From Candidatus Latescibacterota bacterium (lineage in GTDB: Bacteria > Latescibacterota > UBA2968 > UBA8231): 64,000 bases of DNA. Each line of letters begins with the position of its first letter. Within the stretch, counting starts at the first letter, position 1. Of this stretch, positions 16,974 to 27,641 are shown one piece after another. The notes under the pieces were generated by a model, which was not told the origin of the DNA, made no database searches, and was given only the letters and a program-made list of their open reading frames with translations. The translations under genes and the position numbers were made by a program. The DNA lies in NCBI GenBank assembly GCA_965261395.1, contig OZ253462.1, forward strand, positions 352,001-416,000, read 5' to 3'.

Positions 16974-19505
16974 GTGGAAGAACACAGCCAGGACTTGGAG
17001 CAGTCTGAACAGAAGGCGCTCTTGGTCCTGTTCTTTTTTTCGGGGGTCAGCAGTTTAGTCTATCAGGTCGTGTGGGCGCGGATGCTGACCGTGGTCTTCG
17101 GCACCACCCTACTGGCTACTAGCACTGTGCTCAGCGCCTTCATGGCTGGCCTAGCCTTGGGTAGCTGGGTTTTGGGGCGGCACATCGACCGCTGCAAACA
17201 CCCGCTGCGGATTTTTGCAGCGCTAGAAGTCGGCATCGGTCTTTTTGCCCTTTTCTTTCCCAGTATTAGTGCGAGTTTGGGCAATGCCTACGGGGGTTTG
17301 GTCGGGTTACAGGGGAACTTCTATCTCTTTTCCCTAGCCCGCTTCGGCCTTTGCTTTGCCTTGCTCCTGATTCCCACGGCGCTGATGGGGGGCACCCTAC
17401 CGGTCGTAGCCAAGTTTGCGGTGCGGCGACTGGGCGGATTGGGCAGTAGCGTGGGGCAGCTCTATGCAGTCAACACGCTGGGCGCGGTCGTCGGGGTGTT
17501 GGCGGCGACCTTCGGGCTGATGGAAGGGCTGGGTTTGCAGGGGACGACGCAAGCCATCGCCGTGGTGAATTTCTTGGTGGCGGGCGCGGCTTGGCTGTGG
17601 GGGGGGCAAAGAGCTGTCGATGTCGGCGCAGGGGCGGCAACAAAGACCTCGCATTCTGACCGCGTCCTGTGGGGTGTGCTGGCCGGCTTTGCACTCTCCG
17701 GTTTTGCGGCCTTGGGCTACGAAGTGGCGTGGATGCGGCTCTTGATGGTGAGTTTTTCCTTCAATTCACACTACGAATTCAGCATTGTCTTGGTGGCCTT
17801 TTTGAGTGGACTAGCCTTGGGGGGATGGCTGGGCAGTCGGCTGCTCACGCGACGGCCAGATTTGCTGTCGATTTTTGTCTGGGTCCAATTTTTGATCGGC
17901 GCGTGCGGTGCCCTGTCCGTGTTGGCCTTTGCCCATTTATCCGCTCTTGTGGAGCCGATCCAGCGGGCGGACTCGTGGTGGGTGTCGAGGACCGGCGTGT
18001 TTTTTACGGCCGTCGCCATCATGTTGCTGCCGACCTTGGCGATGGGGGTCATCTTTCCGCTGGTCGGCCAAATCTACACGCGACAACTGGCGCGTCTAGG
18101 GCGCGGCATAGGGGATATAGGCGCGGTCAACAGCTTCGGCGCGGTTGGGGGGGCCTTTGTGACGGGGTTTGTGCTGATTCCGCTGCTGGGGACTGAGTGG
18201 AGCGTCAAAGTGCTGGCGGCGTTGAACGGCTTGGTTGGCCTATCCATCGCCTTGATTAGCCAGCAACGCAAGCGGCTGGTCTGGGGCGGGGCGGCGGGTT
18301 TGGCCCTCCTGCTAGTCCTAGTACCCTCGGATGTGCTGCGGCGCATTGCGGAGCCAGCGGCCGCCAACCGGGAACTGGTATTTTACCAAGAGGGTGCCGA
18401 AGGCGTTATCACCGTCGAACAACAAACCGATGGTTTCCGCAAAATGGCGCTCAATGGGGGCGGGCAGGTTCCCACCGACTATAGCTCGCTGCAAATTTTC
18501 CGCCTCCTCGGCCATTTGCCCCTGCTTCTGCATCCCGACCCGCAGGAGGTGTTGGTCGTCTCCTTGGGCGGCGGGATCGCCTTGGGTGGCGCAGCCCAAT
18601 ACGAGCCGCGACGCATCACTTGCGTTGAGTTGGTGCCGGAGGTAATAGACGCGGCCCGGGCACACTTTGGCGAATTTAATCACCACGTGCTTGAGAATCC
18701 GACTGCGTGGAATATCGAATTAGTGATCGACGATGGCCGGAATTTTCTCCTCTCCAGCCGCGACACCTACCAAATCATCACCGGGGACGCCACCCATCCG
18801 ACGAGCGCCGATAGCTGGGTGCTCTACACAAAGGAATTTTACCAGTTGTGCCGGGGACGCCTAAGTGCCGACGGAATCATGGCCCAATGGTTGCCCTTTC
18901 ACGGCCTACCTCCAGACGACTACCAGACCATCGTGCGGACCTTTCAGCACGTCTTTCCCCACGCCACCTTGTGGCGCTCGAACAACTATTCGATCATGGT
19001 GGGGACCATGCAGCCATTGGCGATTGATTGGGAGAGGCTCAAAGAGAAGATGGCACCGCCGCGAGTACATCGCAGTCTGGAGGGCATTGATCTGGGAAAC
19101 GCATTTGCGCTTTTGAATAGCCTAGTGATGGACGAGGAGACCCTGCGACGCTATGTGGGAGAAGGCCCGCTCAACACCGACGATCATCCCTATATCAGCT
19201 TTGTCAGCCCGAAGGGCTACAGCAGCGGCTCGTGGGAAGTATTGGAGCATTTGGCTCCGCACCGCACCTCGGCTCTGTCGCTGCTGACGGCATCCTCTGC
19301 TACCATACGGGAAAAAATGGAGATCTATTTCAGGGCTGGAGAGCACGCGCTAGCGGGGGATGTCATGCGGCTGCAAAACCGCGACCGGGCCGCGGCAAGG
19401 GCTTATCAGCGCGCACTACAGGCGAATCCCGCGGATAGATCGTCGGCCTATTTTCTCGAACTACTGGCCGAGCAGCTCAATCGGCGATTGCCCCAAGACC
19501 AATAG
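16974..19505 (+). CDS. Fused MFS/spermidine synthase-like membrane methyltransferase with C-terminal TPR
   Basis: LFFFSGVSSLVYQVVW.R, LYAVNTLGA, duplicated membrane repeat, VLVVSLGGG, VELVPEV, DDGRNFL, LYTKEFY..L..DG...QW and NTDDHP motifs. Confidence 0.88.
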   Translation: MEEHSQDLEQSEQKALLVLFFFSGVSSLVYQVVWARMLTVVFGTTLLATSTVLSAFMAGLALGSWVLGRHIDRCKHPLRIFAALEVGIGLFALFFPSISASLGNAYGGLVGLQGNFYLFSLARFGLCFALLLIPTALMGGTLPVVAKFAVRRLGGLGSSVGQLYAVNTLGAVVGVLAATFGLMEGLGLQGTTQAIAVVNFLVAGAAWLWGGQRAVDVGAGAATKTSHSDRVLWGVLAGFALSGFAALGYEVAWMRLLMVSFSFNSHYEFSIVLVAFLSGLALGGWLGSRLLTRRPDLLSIFVWVQFLIGACGALSVLAFAHLSALVEPIQRADSWWVSRTGVFFTAVAIMLLPTLAMGVIFPLVGQIYTRQLARLGRGIGDIGAVNSFGAVGGAFVTGFVLIPLLGTEWSVKVLAALNGLVGLSIALISQQRKRLVWGGAAGLALLLVLVPSDVLRRIAEPAAANRELVFYQEGAEGVITVEQQTDGFRKMALNGGGQVPTDYSSLQIFRLLGHLPLLLHPDPQEVLVVSLGGGIALGGAAQYEPRRITCVELVPEVIDAARAHFGEFNHHVLENPTAWNIELVIDDGRNFLLSSRDTYQIITGDATHPTSADSWVLYTKEFYQLCRGRLSADGIMAQWLPFHGLPPDDYQTIVRTFQHVFPHATLWRSNNYSIMVGTMQPLAIDWERLKEKMAPPRVHRSLEGIDLGNAFALLNSLVMDEETLRRYVGEGPLNTDDHPYISFVSPKGYSSGSWEVLEHLAPHRTSALSLLTASSATIREKMEIYFRAGEHALAGDVMRLQNRDRAAARAYQRALQANPADRSSAYFLELLAEQLNRRLPQDQ

Positions 19506-19511
19506 GGGTCT

Positions 19512-21452
19512 ATGATCGCCAACGACAAAGGACGGGTGCCGTATCGGGCCTTGCTCGTCGGCGCTTTGATGGCCGTGGTGATCAACACGGTTTTTCCCTA
19601 TGGCCTTTTGGTGATGGGAACCCTCGATTGGACCGGGGACTTCATCGCCCTGAGTGCGATCTTCCTCCTCTTTCTCCTGTTATTGGTCAACATTCCGCTC
19701 AAATGGATCGGGCGCAAATGGAGCTTGTCGGCTCGGGAGCTGGTGGTGATCTACGCCATGATGGCCGCGGCTTCGGCGATTCCCTCCACTGGGGTCACGG
19801 CTCAATTGGTTCCCTTTTTGGCTGGGGTCTATTACTATGCCACGCCCGAAAACAACTGGGCCGAACTGCTCCACCCCTATATCCAGCCGTGGCTGGCACC
19901 GCAAGACCCGATGGCGGTCAAGTACTTCTACGAAGGGCTGCCCCAAGAGATGGCCATCCCCTGGGGAGTATGGTTGGTACCCCTGTTGGCGTGGGCTTCT
20001 TTTTTGGGGGCGCTCTATTTGATGATGATCGCCCTGTCGGCTCTGCTCCACCAACAATGGGCCCGCAACGAGCGCTTGATCTTCCCGCTCGTCCAGTTGC
20101 CGCTGTACATGATCCACGAGGACGATAGACCCTCGGCGGTCAACCCCTTTCTGAAGGAACCGCTGATGTGGTTGGGGTTTGCCATTCCCTTCGTCCTATT
20201 GGGAATCAATGCCCTGCACAAGTACTATCCCTTTGTGCCCCCCATCCAGTTGTCAACCCAATTGGCCGTCTTCCACGATATGCGGGGCGTCTTGTTCAAC
20301 TTGTGGTTTATCGTCCTTGGCCTGACGTACTTCCTGAGCCTGGAGGTCTCCTTTAGCCTGTGGTTTTTTTACTTGCTCAACTTCTTTCAGTTGGGCCTTT
20401 TCAACACCCTCGGGTTCAGCATTGCAGAAATCCGGCTGATGCACACCGAAGGGTCCATCGCCACCGCCCAGCAGGCTATTGGGGCGTTGATTGCCCTCGT
20501 GGCGGCCAGCTTGTGGACTGCCCGCCGGCACCTCAAAGAGGTGGTCGTCGGGGCGTGGAAAAAGAAGGAACCGGGAGAGGACACAGGGCAGATTCTCTCC
20601 TACCGCAAGGCCGTGTGGCTCCTGATCGGGGCCTTCCTCTACGCGGTTATATGGTTAAAAAGCGCGGGATTGCCCCTAGGGGCGGCGCTGCTGTTGCTCT
20701 TTATCGCCTTTGTGGTATTCGTCGGTTTGACGCGGATTGTCGCCGAAGGGGGCATGGGGTATGGCCGGACGCAGATGACGCCAACAGCCTTTGCGATCAA
20801 CGCGCTGGGCACGGCACCCATTGGGCCGCGAGGATTGATGGTGCTCGGGTTTGCCAATGGCTGGGCCGGGGATATCCGCACGACCGTTATGGCCGCAGCC
20901 TCCAACAGTACCCGGCTGGCCGAGGTCGTCGGGACGCGGCGGCCACCGCTCTTTTGGGCTTTGCTCATAGCCATCGCCGTAAGTCTGGTCGCCTCGGCTT
21001 GGACGGTACTTTCCATCGCCTACACCTACGGCGGGGTCAATCTACACTACTGGTTTTATAGCATCATGGGCCGCTGGACGTTTAACGATATGGCGACGAA
21101 TCAACTCAATCCGGTGGCCGCGTGGAATTTTTGGGGTCCACGCGGTGCGTTCACCGGCTTGGGAGCCGGGCTGATGTTTCTGTTGTTGTACTTGCGCCAC
21201 CGCTTCTTGTGGTGGCCCATCCACCCAATCGGCCTGCCGGTGGGGGGTACCTATGTAATGTTTTTCGCTTGGTCCAGTATGGCGTTGGGCTGGCTGGCGA
21301 AATGGATCGTATTGAAGTACGGTGGAGTTAAACTCTTCCGCCGGCTGCGGCCCTTTTTTCTCGGCATGGTGTTGGGCCAAGTCAGCAGTGCGGGTTTGTG
21401 GATGGCGGTGGATTTGATTGCAGGGTTGGATGCAGTGGTGACGCGATGGTAG
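19512..21452 (+). CDS. DUF6785/DUF6784-like polytopic membrane protein (putative peptide transporter)
   Basis: Highly hydrophobic; ELVVIYAMM, YYYATPENNW, QW..NERLIFPL.QLP, RIVAEGG, WWPIHPIG and LRPFFLGMVLG motifs. Confidence 0.8.
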   Translation: MIANDKGRVPYRALLVGALMAVVINTVFPYGLLVMGTLDWTGDFIALSAIFLLFLLLLVNIPLKWIGRKWSLSARELVVIYAMMAAASAIPSTGVTAQLVPFLAGVYYYATPENNWAELLHPYIQPWLAPQDPMAVKYFYEGLPQEMAIPWGVWLVPLLAWASFLGALYLMMIALSALLHQQWARNERLIFPLVQLPLYMIHEDDRPSAVNPFLKEPLMWLGFAIPFVLLGINALHKYYPFVPPIQLSTQLAVFHDMRGVLFNLWFIVLGLTYFLSLEVSFSLWFFYLLNFFQLGLFNTLGFSIAEIRLMHTEGSIATAQQAIGALIALVAASLWTARRHLKEVVVGAWKKKEPGEDTGQILSYRKAVWLLIGAFLYAVIWLKSAGLPLGAALLLLFIAFVVFVGLTRIVAEGGMGYGRTQMTPTAFAINALGTAPIGPRGLMVLGFANGWAGDIRTTVMAAASNSTRLAEVVGTRRPPLFWALLIAIAVSLVASAWTVLSIAYTYGGVNLHYWFYSIMGRWTFNDMATNQLNPVAAWNFWGPRGAFTGLGAGLMFLLLYLRHRFLWWPIHPIGLPVGGTYVMFFAWSSMALGWLAKWIVLKYGGVKLFRRLRPFFLGMVLGQVSSAGLWMAVDLIAGLDAVVTRW

Positions 21453-21475
21453 CTCATTCGGCCGGCTCCCAATTC

Positions 21476-23119
21476 CTAATCAGCCGGCTCGCGCACGGTC
21501 AGCACCTGATTGGCCGCCACATCGCGCAGCGTCTGGACTGTACCACTAGGCCAGTGGAGGACGACGCTTTCTACGATGGGAGCGGTTCCCAAGCCAAAAT
21601 GCACTTTGAGATCGCTGTGGGATAGGAAGCCGGTGCCGCTGCGTACCTCGGCGGTCTGGCGTTTACCTTGGGCGTTTATCTCGATCCAGGTGCCGATTCC
21701 GTCGCGGTTGCTGCGGGTGCCTACGGTGGCGATTTGCAAGTAGTTGCCCTCGTTGCCGCCATCGTTGCGCAGGAGGTTGGGAGTGCTGTTGAGATTTAAG
21801 ACGAAGAGGTCTATATCGCCGTCGCGATCGTAGTCGGCAAAGCTGGCACCTCGGCTCACCTCGACTAAGGCAAAGCCCGGGCCGGCGCGTGCGGCAACTT
21901 CGGCAAAGGTGCCGTCGCCCAAGTTTTGGTAGAGGAAGTTAGGCTCGGCATAGCTGCTGTTGGTATGGGGCAAATCGGCTTGGGGGTAGGTGTGGCCATT
22001 GGCCGCGAAGAGGTCTTGGTCGCCGTCGTTGTCAAAGTCGAAAAATCCTGTGCCCCACCCCACCTCGGGAATGCCCCACGCCGCAATGCGGGAGACGAAG
22101 GATACGTCGAGGAAAAATCCACCGCGCTGATTTTTGTAGAGGGTATTGTACTCGCCTTCAAAATTGGTGACAAAGATATCGAAGTAGCCATCGTTGTCGT
22201 AATCGCCGACCGCCGCGCCCATGCACCCCTGTTCGGTGCCGTCGCCGCTATAGGCCACGCCCGCACCGAGGCCCTCGTCTGCAAAGGTGCCGTCGCCTTG
22301 GTTTTGGTACAGATTGTTAGGGGCCGAGTCGTTGGCGACGAAAATATCGGGCCAGCCATTGCGGTCGAAATCGCCGAAGACGACCCCGTACCCATAGTAC
22401 TTTGCGCCGGCAATGCCGGCTTCCTCGCTGCGGTCGGCCAAGGTGCCGTCACCGCGGTTGTGATAGAATACATCGCCGGCGGGCAGCAAGCCGCGCGGAC
22501 CGCAAAAAATATCGACGGTCTTCCACACGCAGGGGACGGTAGAAGTATAGTCCCGCGAAAAGTCGATATAATTGGCCACGTACAGATCGACGTAGCCGTC
22601 TAGATCGGCATCGCCGAAAGCACAGCCGACGCCCCATCGCTTGTCCCCGACGCCGGCTTTTTCAGTAATATCCTCAAAGATACCATCGCCCTGATTCTGG
22701 TAGAAGGTATTGCGGCCATAGTTGGTCACATACAAGTCCAGATCGCCATCGTTGTCGTAGTCCGCGGCGGCGCAACCCATGGACCAACTCGTGTCGCCCA
22801 CCCCCGCGGCGGTAGTGATATCGACAAAGCGATCCCCTTGGTTGCGATAGAGATGATTGGTCGGTTCTTCGCCCGGTGGAAAGCCTTCAAAGCGGGAGCC
22901 GTTGGCGACGTATAGATCGACGTCGCCATCGCTGTCGTAGTCGAAAAAGGCCGTGCCCCCTATAGCCGTTTCAACGATGTATTCTTGGGTGCTGCCCGAG
23001 ACGTTCCGCGTAGTGATGCCGAGTGCGGCAGCTTGGTCGGTGAACTGAGTAGGCAGGGGTTGGGCTGAGAGGAGAGCCGTACACAGGAGGATGAAGATCC
23101 CGCTTACTAGCGCGTGCAT
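21476..23119 (-). CDS. CRTAC1-family FG-GAP/ASPIC-UnbV secreted protein
   Basis: Signal peptide LLSA|Q; FDYDSDGD.. repeats; SNRDGIGT..GFLSHSD..HFGLG..HWPSG. Start moved to ATG 23119. Confidence 0.9.
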   Translation of the reverse strand: MHALVSGIFILLCTALLSAQPLPTQFTDQAAALGITTRNVSGSTQEYIVETAIGGTAFFDYDSDGDVDLYVANGSRFEGFPPGEEPTNHLYRNQGDRFVDITTAAGVGDTSWSMGCAAADYDNDGDLDLYVTNYGRNTFYQNQGDGIFEDITEKAGVGDKRWGVGCAFGDADLDGYVDLYVANYIDFSRDYTSTVPCVWKTVDIFCGPRGLLPAGDVFYHNRGDGTLADRSEEAGIAGAKYYGYGVVFGDFDRNGWPDIFVANDSAPNNLYQNQGDGTFADEGLGAGVAYSGDGTEQGCMGAAVGDYDNDGYFDIFVTNFEGEYNTLYKNQRGGFFLDVSFVSRIAAWGIPEVGWGTGFFDFDNDGDQDLFAANGHTYPQADLPHTNSSYAEPNFLYQNLGDGTFAEVAARAGPGFALVEVSRGASFADYDRDGDIDLFVLNLNSTPNLLRNDGGNEGNYLQIATVGTRSNRDGIGTWIEINAQGKRQTAEVRSGTGFLSHSDLKVHFGLGTAPIVESVVLHWPSGTVQTLRDVAANQVLTVREPAD

Positions 23120-23165
23120 CGATTTTGCTGCGAGATCAAAGACGAAGGCAGGGTGGCCGTCATAG

Positions 23166-24869
23166 CTAGGGAGCTGAAATTTTTCCAGCAAAGAACTGAA
23201 GGTCGAAATAGTTCAAAGAACCATCGTCCACTTCCACGGTGGGTTGTAGAGGGCCGCCACGGTTCTGGGTGAGAAAAATATAGGACTTGTACCCTCGGTC
23301 TGAAAGGCGTTGCAACAGGCGCTCGTAGTGTCTGGGAGTAGCGACGTAAAAGAAGGGCCTTTGGTAAAATTCGCTGCACAGGGCGTGGGGAACCCAGCGC
23401 TGGTTGGTGATGACGACCTCTTCGCTGCGCTGGCGCATCTCGCTATTGAGGCGATAGGAGAAGGCCTTCTTCTCTGCGAGAATCGAAACTCCATACACTT
23501 GAGCGGCAAAGCTGAGCGCTATAACAGCACCCACAGCGAGGACGCCTATGCTGAAGTGGGGCCGCTGGCGTTCTAGCCAGTCAATCGCGTTTCCGGCTGC
23601 TAAGACTGCGAAGAGCGGGTAGAGGATCAGGAAATAGCGGTTGCCCCAGTGGATGCCCATGGAACCCACCTTGGGCGCGGCCAAGGCGTAGAGTGTGGCA
23701 AAGCTCAAGGCGACCAGCCAAATCCAGCGTCTAAGCGGCGCATCGGAATTGGCGGAACGCAAGAAGGCTAGGGCTACAAAGGGAGCCGAGGCAAAGAGGG
23801 CATTGGACGATTTGAGCATGTAGTCGATGGGGCTCGCGTAGAAGAAGTAGCCCCCGAGCGACAAACCGGCGCTTATCAGGGCCAAGGCACTGTACGCGGG
23901 TACGGCCTTTTGCAAAGCCGGGGGCGCAAAGCGCGGGCTAAGTACAAAGGCGAGCACGAACGGAAGGGCGAGCACGAGGGATAGCGAGGGGATCGGGTTG
24001 GACGCTATGAAGAGGTTGTAAAACACCCGAGGCCGCGCCTCAAGATGGTGGACCCAGTCGGCGGCAGTGGATAGGTGCGTACTCAAATGGTAACCGAAGG
24101 GATGGCCGATGGTCAGCCATTGGAAGAGCCAGAGCGGCAGGAGAGAAACGAAGAGGATCAGGGCCGACGAGACGAGGATTTTTAATCTGCCGGCGCTGGC
24201 ATAAAAGGCGGTGCATAGAGCCAGCACTAGGCAAAGCAAATAGAACTCGTCTCTGAAATAGACCGATAGTCCGGCGGCGACCATGCCCAAGAATAGGTAC
24301 TTGGGGGCGGAGTCTGCGAGAAATTGCAACAGATAGCGCACGCTCCAAATCCCCAAGCAGATCGCCGGGACGTGTTCCCATAAGACGAGACTGTAAAAAA
24401 ATACCGGCGTACAGAGTCCGGCCGTGAGGACGGCGACATGCGCGACCACAATTCGCGGGGTGACCAAACGCGCCACTTGGGCCAAGCCGGCCAGCATCGC
24501 CAGCGAGGAAAGCGCCGGCAACAGATAAAGACCCCAATGGCCTACATGGGTAAAGAAAAGGGCGGAGATAAGGGCGAAGACCGGCGAGAAGACGGAATAG
24601 AGTTTGCCGGACTCAACGCGCGTGAAATAGTAGGGCAGGGGATTGTAGATGAAGTCAGGATCGACGATTTGCCCCGGCCAAGGGATGGAAAAGTCGGTGT
24701 AGCGGCTGTTGGCTAAGGCTTGGACTTGGAGGAATTTGTTGGCGTTATCGGTAATCCAAAAGCCGCGTTTTTCGAGGACGCAGAGGGCTGCTACATAGCA
24801 GACTGAGACGGCGAGTAGAGAGCACAGGACCGATCTGCCGGGATGGAATCGGCGGAAGAGGACGACCAT
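23166..24869 (-). CDS. GT-C-fold putative membrane glycosyltransferase (LA_3751/LA_3752-like)
   Basis: About 12 TM segments; ITDNANKFLQ..DP..YNP..F...FALISA.F...G.WGLY, WEH, FRDE and HWGNRY motifs typical of lipid-linked-sugar transferases. Confidence 0.65.
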   Translation of the reverse strand: MVVLFRRFHPGRSVLCSLLAVSVCYVAALCVLEKRGFWITDNANKFLQVQALANSRYTDFSIPWPGQIVDPDFIYNPLPYYFTRVESGKLYSVFSPVFALISALFFTHVGHWGLYLLPALSSLAMLAGLAQVARLVTPRIVVAHVAVLTAGLCTPVFFYSLVLWEHVPAICLGIWSVRYLLQFLADSAPKYLFLGMVAAGLSVYFRDEFYLLCLVLALCTAFYASAGRLKILVSSALILFVSLLPLWLFQWLTIGHPFGYHLSTHLSTAADWVHHLEARPRVFYNLFIASNPIPSLSLVLALPFVLAFVLSPRFAPPALQKAVPAYSALALISAGLSLGGYFFYASPIDYMLKSSNALFASAPFVALAFLRSANSDAPLRRWIWLVALSFATLYALAAPKVGSMGIHWGNRYFLILYPLFAVLAAGNAIDWLERQRPHFSIGVLAVGAVIALSFAAQVYGVSILAEKKAFSYRLNSEMRQRSEEVVITNQRWVPHALCSEFYQRPFFYVATPRHYERLLQRLSDRGYKSYIFLTQNRGGPLQPTVEVDDGSLNYFDLQFFAGKISAP

Positions 24870-24914
24870 GTATGGGGTGCAGCGGAATTTAGAGGTGCGA
24901 CCAAGAAGAACGTT

Positions 24915-25949
24915 TTACGGCGAACTGGCCGATAAATTGTCGAAGACGATGAACTGATGCTCGGCCAATCCGAGTCGCTCGGCCAGTTCATAGCCAGCGC
25001 TCATGGGCAGCGAGGAGTTTAATTCCACAATCATCAAATCCCGCTCTCCGGTGCCGATCTGGCCCAACTTGGCCAGCCCGTCTAAGTTGCTCAGGAGGGG
25101 ATTGCCGCCAATATAGAGGCTTTTACCCACCTGCCTGAGATTGTCCAGTCCATCCAAGTTTTGCAGGGCTTGGTTGCGGTTTATGCTCAAAGCGCCTCCG
25201 ACCTCCGCCAGAGTATTTAACCCCTCCAAGCTCTTGAGGGCGGGATGTCCATCGATCATCAATCCGCCCTTAATAGTCGCAATCCCGTCCAAACCCCGCA
25301 GGTCTTTGAGCGCACCATTGAATATGAGCAGCAAATCCCCCTCTACCACGGAGAGGCTGCCCAGCCCCTTTAGGTCGCGCAGGGCCTTATTATCCCTGGT
25401 CTTGATACTGCCCCCTACGTGGGTCAGTCCGCTCAGACCATCTATGTGAATCAGCTCGGTCGTGGCATCGACAAAGAGATGGCCGCCTACGCGCCTGAGC
25501 GCTTTGAGCCCATCCAGATCCCGCAGCGAAAAATTACAGCTAATCTCGAAATTTCCCCCCACGCGTTCTAGCTGTTCCAACCCGTGCAGTGCAATCAATC
25601 CATTGGCGAGAATATAGAAATTCCCCTCTACATAGCCGAGATTGTGCAGCCCCTTCAAGTCCGTCAATGCCCCATTATTCCGAATTACTAAATCTCCCTC
25701 TACTCCCACCAGATTGTGCAGCGGCTCCATACTACTCAAGTACGCGTCCTCGAATAAAAAATCTCCCTGCACCACAAAGGCTCCCTTCTGCGCCCCCGCC
25801 CAAGCATCTAACTCCTCCTGCGACCCAATAGTTATCGCCCCAGTCCCACCAACAGCCAGCGGCTCTTCAGCCCCTCCATGACAGCCACCCCAAAGGGCGG
25901 CCCCCAAGACAGATACTCCAAAACCCAATCTCCAACTAGCCATACTCAT
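24915..25949 (-). CDS. Receptor-L-domain-like leucine-rich repeat protein, probable lipoprotein
   Basis: LWGGC lipobox-like motif; repeated ~25-aa L..L.GL..L..VGG.L.I..N units. Confidence 0.85.
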   Translation of the reverse strand: MSMASWRLGFGVSVLGAALWGGCHGGAEEPLAVGGTGAITIGSQEELDAWAGAQKGAFVVQGDFLFEDAYLSSMEPLHNLVGVEGDLVIRNNGALTDLKGLHNLGYVEGNFYILANGLIALHGLEQLERVGGNFEISCNFSLRDLDGLKALRRVGGHLFVDATTELIHIDGLSGLTHVGGSIKTRDNKALRDLKGLGSLSVVEGDLLLIFNGALKDLRGLDGIATIKGGLMIDGHPALKSLEGLNTLAEVGGALSINRNQALQNLDGLDNLRQVGKSLYIGGNPLLSNLDGLAKLGQIGTGERDLMIVELNSSLPMSAGYELAERLGLAEHQFIVFDNLSASSP

Positions 25950-27616
25950 CCCCCCTGCACGGCTTCCTCCCCTTCCTGAATTTTCAACAAATTCTCCTCG
26001 AAAATTTCGACCGAGTACTTCTTGTGTAACCCGCGCATATACTGCACGTACGCCTTTTGCGACCGGGCAATTTGTACGTAAGCCCGCGCCCGCCGTTGCG
26101 AAAAAACATGGTAGGGCTTCTTGGGGGGTGGCTGCTTCTCCACCACCTTGAACACCGAATACCCCCCTCTCACCTTTACCGGTCCCCCCACATCCCCCAC
26201 CTGCAGATCTTTGGCTACTTTGTACAGATCTTGGTACAGCCCCACCGGACTCAAGACCAACCGTCCCTCGTGGTGCGCCCGCTCCTTGCGAATCGTATAG
26301 TCCCTAGCCAATTGCACCGCGTCGGCATCGCCCATCAACTCCTCTTGCAGACTGTGGGCCTGCTCCTTAAAGGCCACCAGAATCTCGGTCGCGATAATAT
26401 TCTCAAAGCCCTGAAATTTCTCGGGATTTTGATCGTAAAAGACTCGCGCCTCTGCATCGGTGATCGGTGGCAGCCGCTCCTCAACCTCTCGCTTTCTCAA
26501 CGCGCTCACCAGCATATCGCTGCGCTTATTGGCCACCGCTGCGAGGATCATCTGATTTTTGTCCAGTCCCTTGCCGCGGGCCTCTGCCAAAAACATCCGA
26601 TTGGGGATGACCGAATCCTGTAGATAATCGACGATCCAGTCTCGCTCATAATCGCGCGAATAGCCCTCTTCTTTCTCCGGTACGCTCAGGACGAGATCGT
26701 CAATAGTGAGCGTGCCGCCTTTGTAGCGGCACAATACCTCTTCACCCTCCTCGGGCGACGCTACCCGTTCTTCAGGCGACAGCGCTAGGCGCATCAGCAC
26801 ATGGTCTATCTTGTCGTAGTGAATTTGCGGCGCGTACTGGTCGTTGAGCGAATCGCGCAGAGCTTGGGCGCGCTGTAGGCGCTTTTGGCCGAAGACCTCC
26901 TCCCTGACAAACTGGGCTACCTCCCGAACGGCGACAGGAGCATCGTCTAAAACCTTGACGATCACATAGCGCTGCGGGTCGCCACCCCACGACAGTGGCT
27001 CGGAGATCTCGCCGACCTGCATGGAAAAGATACTCCGGAGCGGTGGAGCCGTATCGTCAATCGTATAGTACTTTTCCACATCCCCGCCTTGGTCCCGCGT
27101 CGCCTCGTAGAGCGAGTACTCTCTGGCCAGTTGGCGGAAATCAGCGCCGGCCTCTAGTTCGTCGAGCAGTTCAAAGGCCTCGTCCCGGGTCGCCACCAAA
27201 ATACCCGCATAGCGCAGCGCTCGGTCTCGGTGTGAATCCCGGTAGTGCTGCATCAACTCCTCTTCGGCAATGGAAATCTGCTGACCAATCTCCATACTTT
27301 TGTAGAGTCTGACGGTCTGATCCTCAGCGAATTGCTCGACCTTGCGCTTAAACTCCAGTTCGTCGCCAATGCCAGCTCGTTCCGCTTCGGCGAGCAATAG
27401 TTTTTTGTCGATTAGTCCGTTGAGTAGAATCCGGTCGGCCTCGATACCGGTCTTACCCATCTGGTAGGCTTTGGGAATATTCGCGGCATAGGCTCTGAAT
27501 TCGCTGACGGCGATGGGTTGATCTTCTATCTGGGCGAGTACTAGCTCGTCTTGGGCTGCACAAGGAAGCGAGATCCCTAGGATGCAAACGCCTGAGCGCA
27601 GTAGTCCATTCTTCAT
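25946..27616 (-). CDS. SurA/PrsA-like parvulin (PpiC) peptidyl-prolyl isomerase with two rotamase modules
   Basis: Signal peptide; LIDKKLLLAEA, ILV.T..EA..L..GADF.QLAREYS..GGD and GEISEP motifs; second module ILV..LARDY..VGDVGGPV..GYSVFKV. Confidence 0.85.
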   Translation of the reverse strand: MKNGLLRSGVCILGISLPCAAQDELVLAQIEDQPIAVSEFRAYAANIPKAYQMGKTGIEADRILLNGLIDKKLLLAEAERAGIGDELEFKRKVEQFAEDQTVRLYKSMEIGQQISIAEEELMQHYRDSHRDRALRYAGILVATRDEAFELLDELEAGADFRQLAREYSLYEATRDQGGDVEKYYTIDDTAPPLRSIFSMQVGEISEPLSWGGDPQRYVIVKVLDDAPVAVREVAQFVREEVFGQKRLQRAQALRDSLNDQYAPQIHYDKIDHVLMRLALSPEERVASPEEGEEVLCRYKGGTLTIDDLVLSVPEKEEGYSRDYERDWIVDYLQDSVIPNRMFLAEARGKGLDKNQMILAAVANKRSDMLVSALRKREVEERLPPITDAEARVFYDQNPEKFQGFENIIATEILVAFKEQAHSLQEELMGDADAVQLARDYTIRKERAHHEGRLVLSPVGLYQDLYKVAKDLQVGDVGGPVKVRGGYSVFKVVEKQPPPKKPYHVFSQRRARAYVQIARSQKAYVQYMRGLHKKYSVEIFEENLLKIQEGEEAVQGG

Positions 27617-27641
27617 AAATATAAAACCATTGTTTGTAGGG

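Noticed and set aside
6780-23000. Recurrent GACTACGACAACGACGGC-like sequences as CRISPR, DGR or other DNA repeats
   Set aside because: They encode FG-GAP DYDNDG motifs at irregular spacing. No cas or reverse transcriptase gene and no adenine-specific TR/VR pair was seen.
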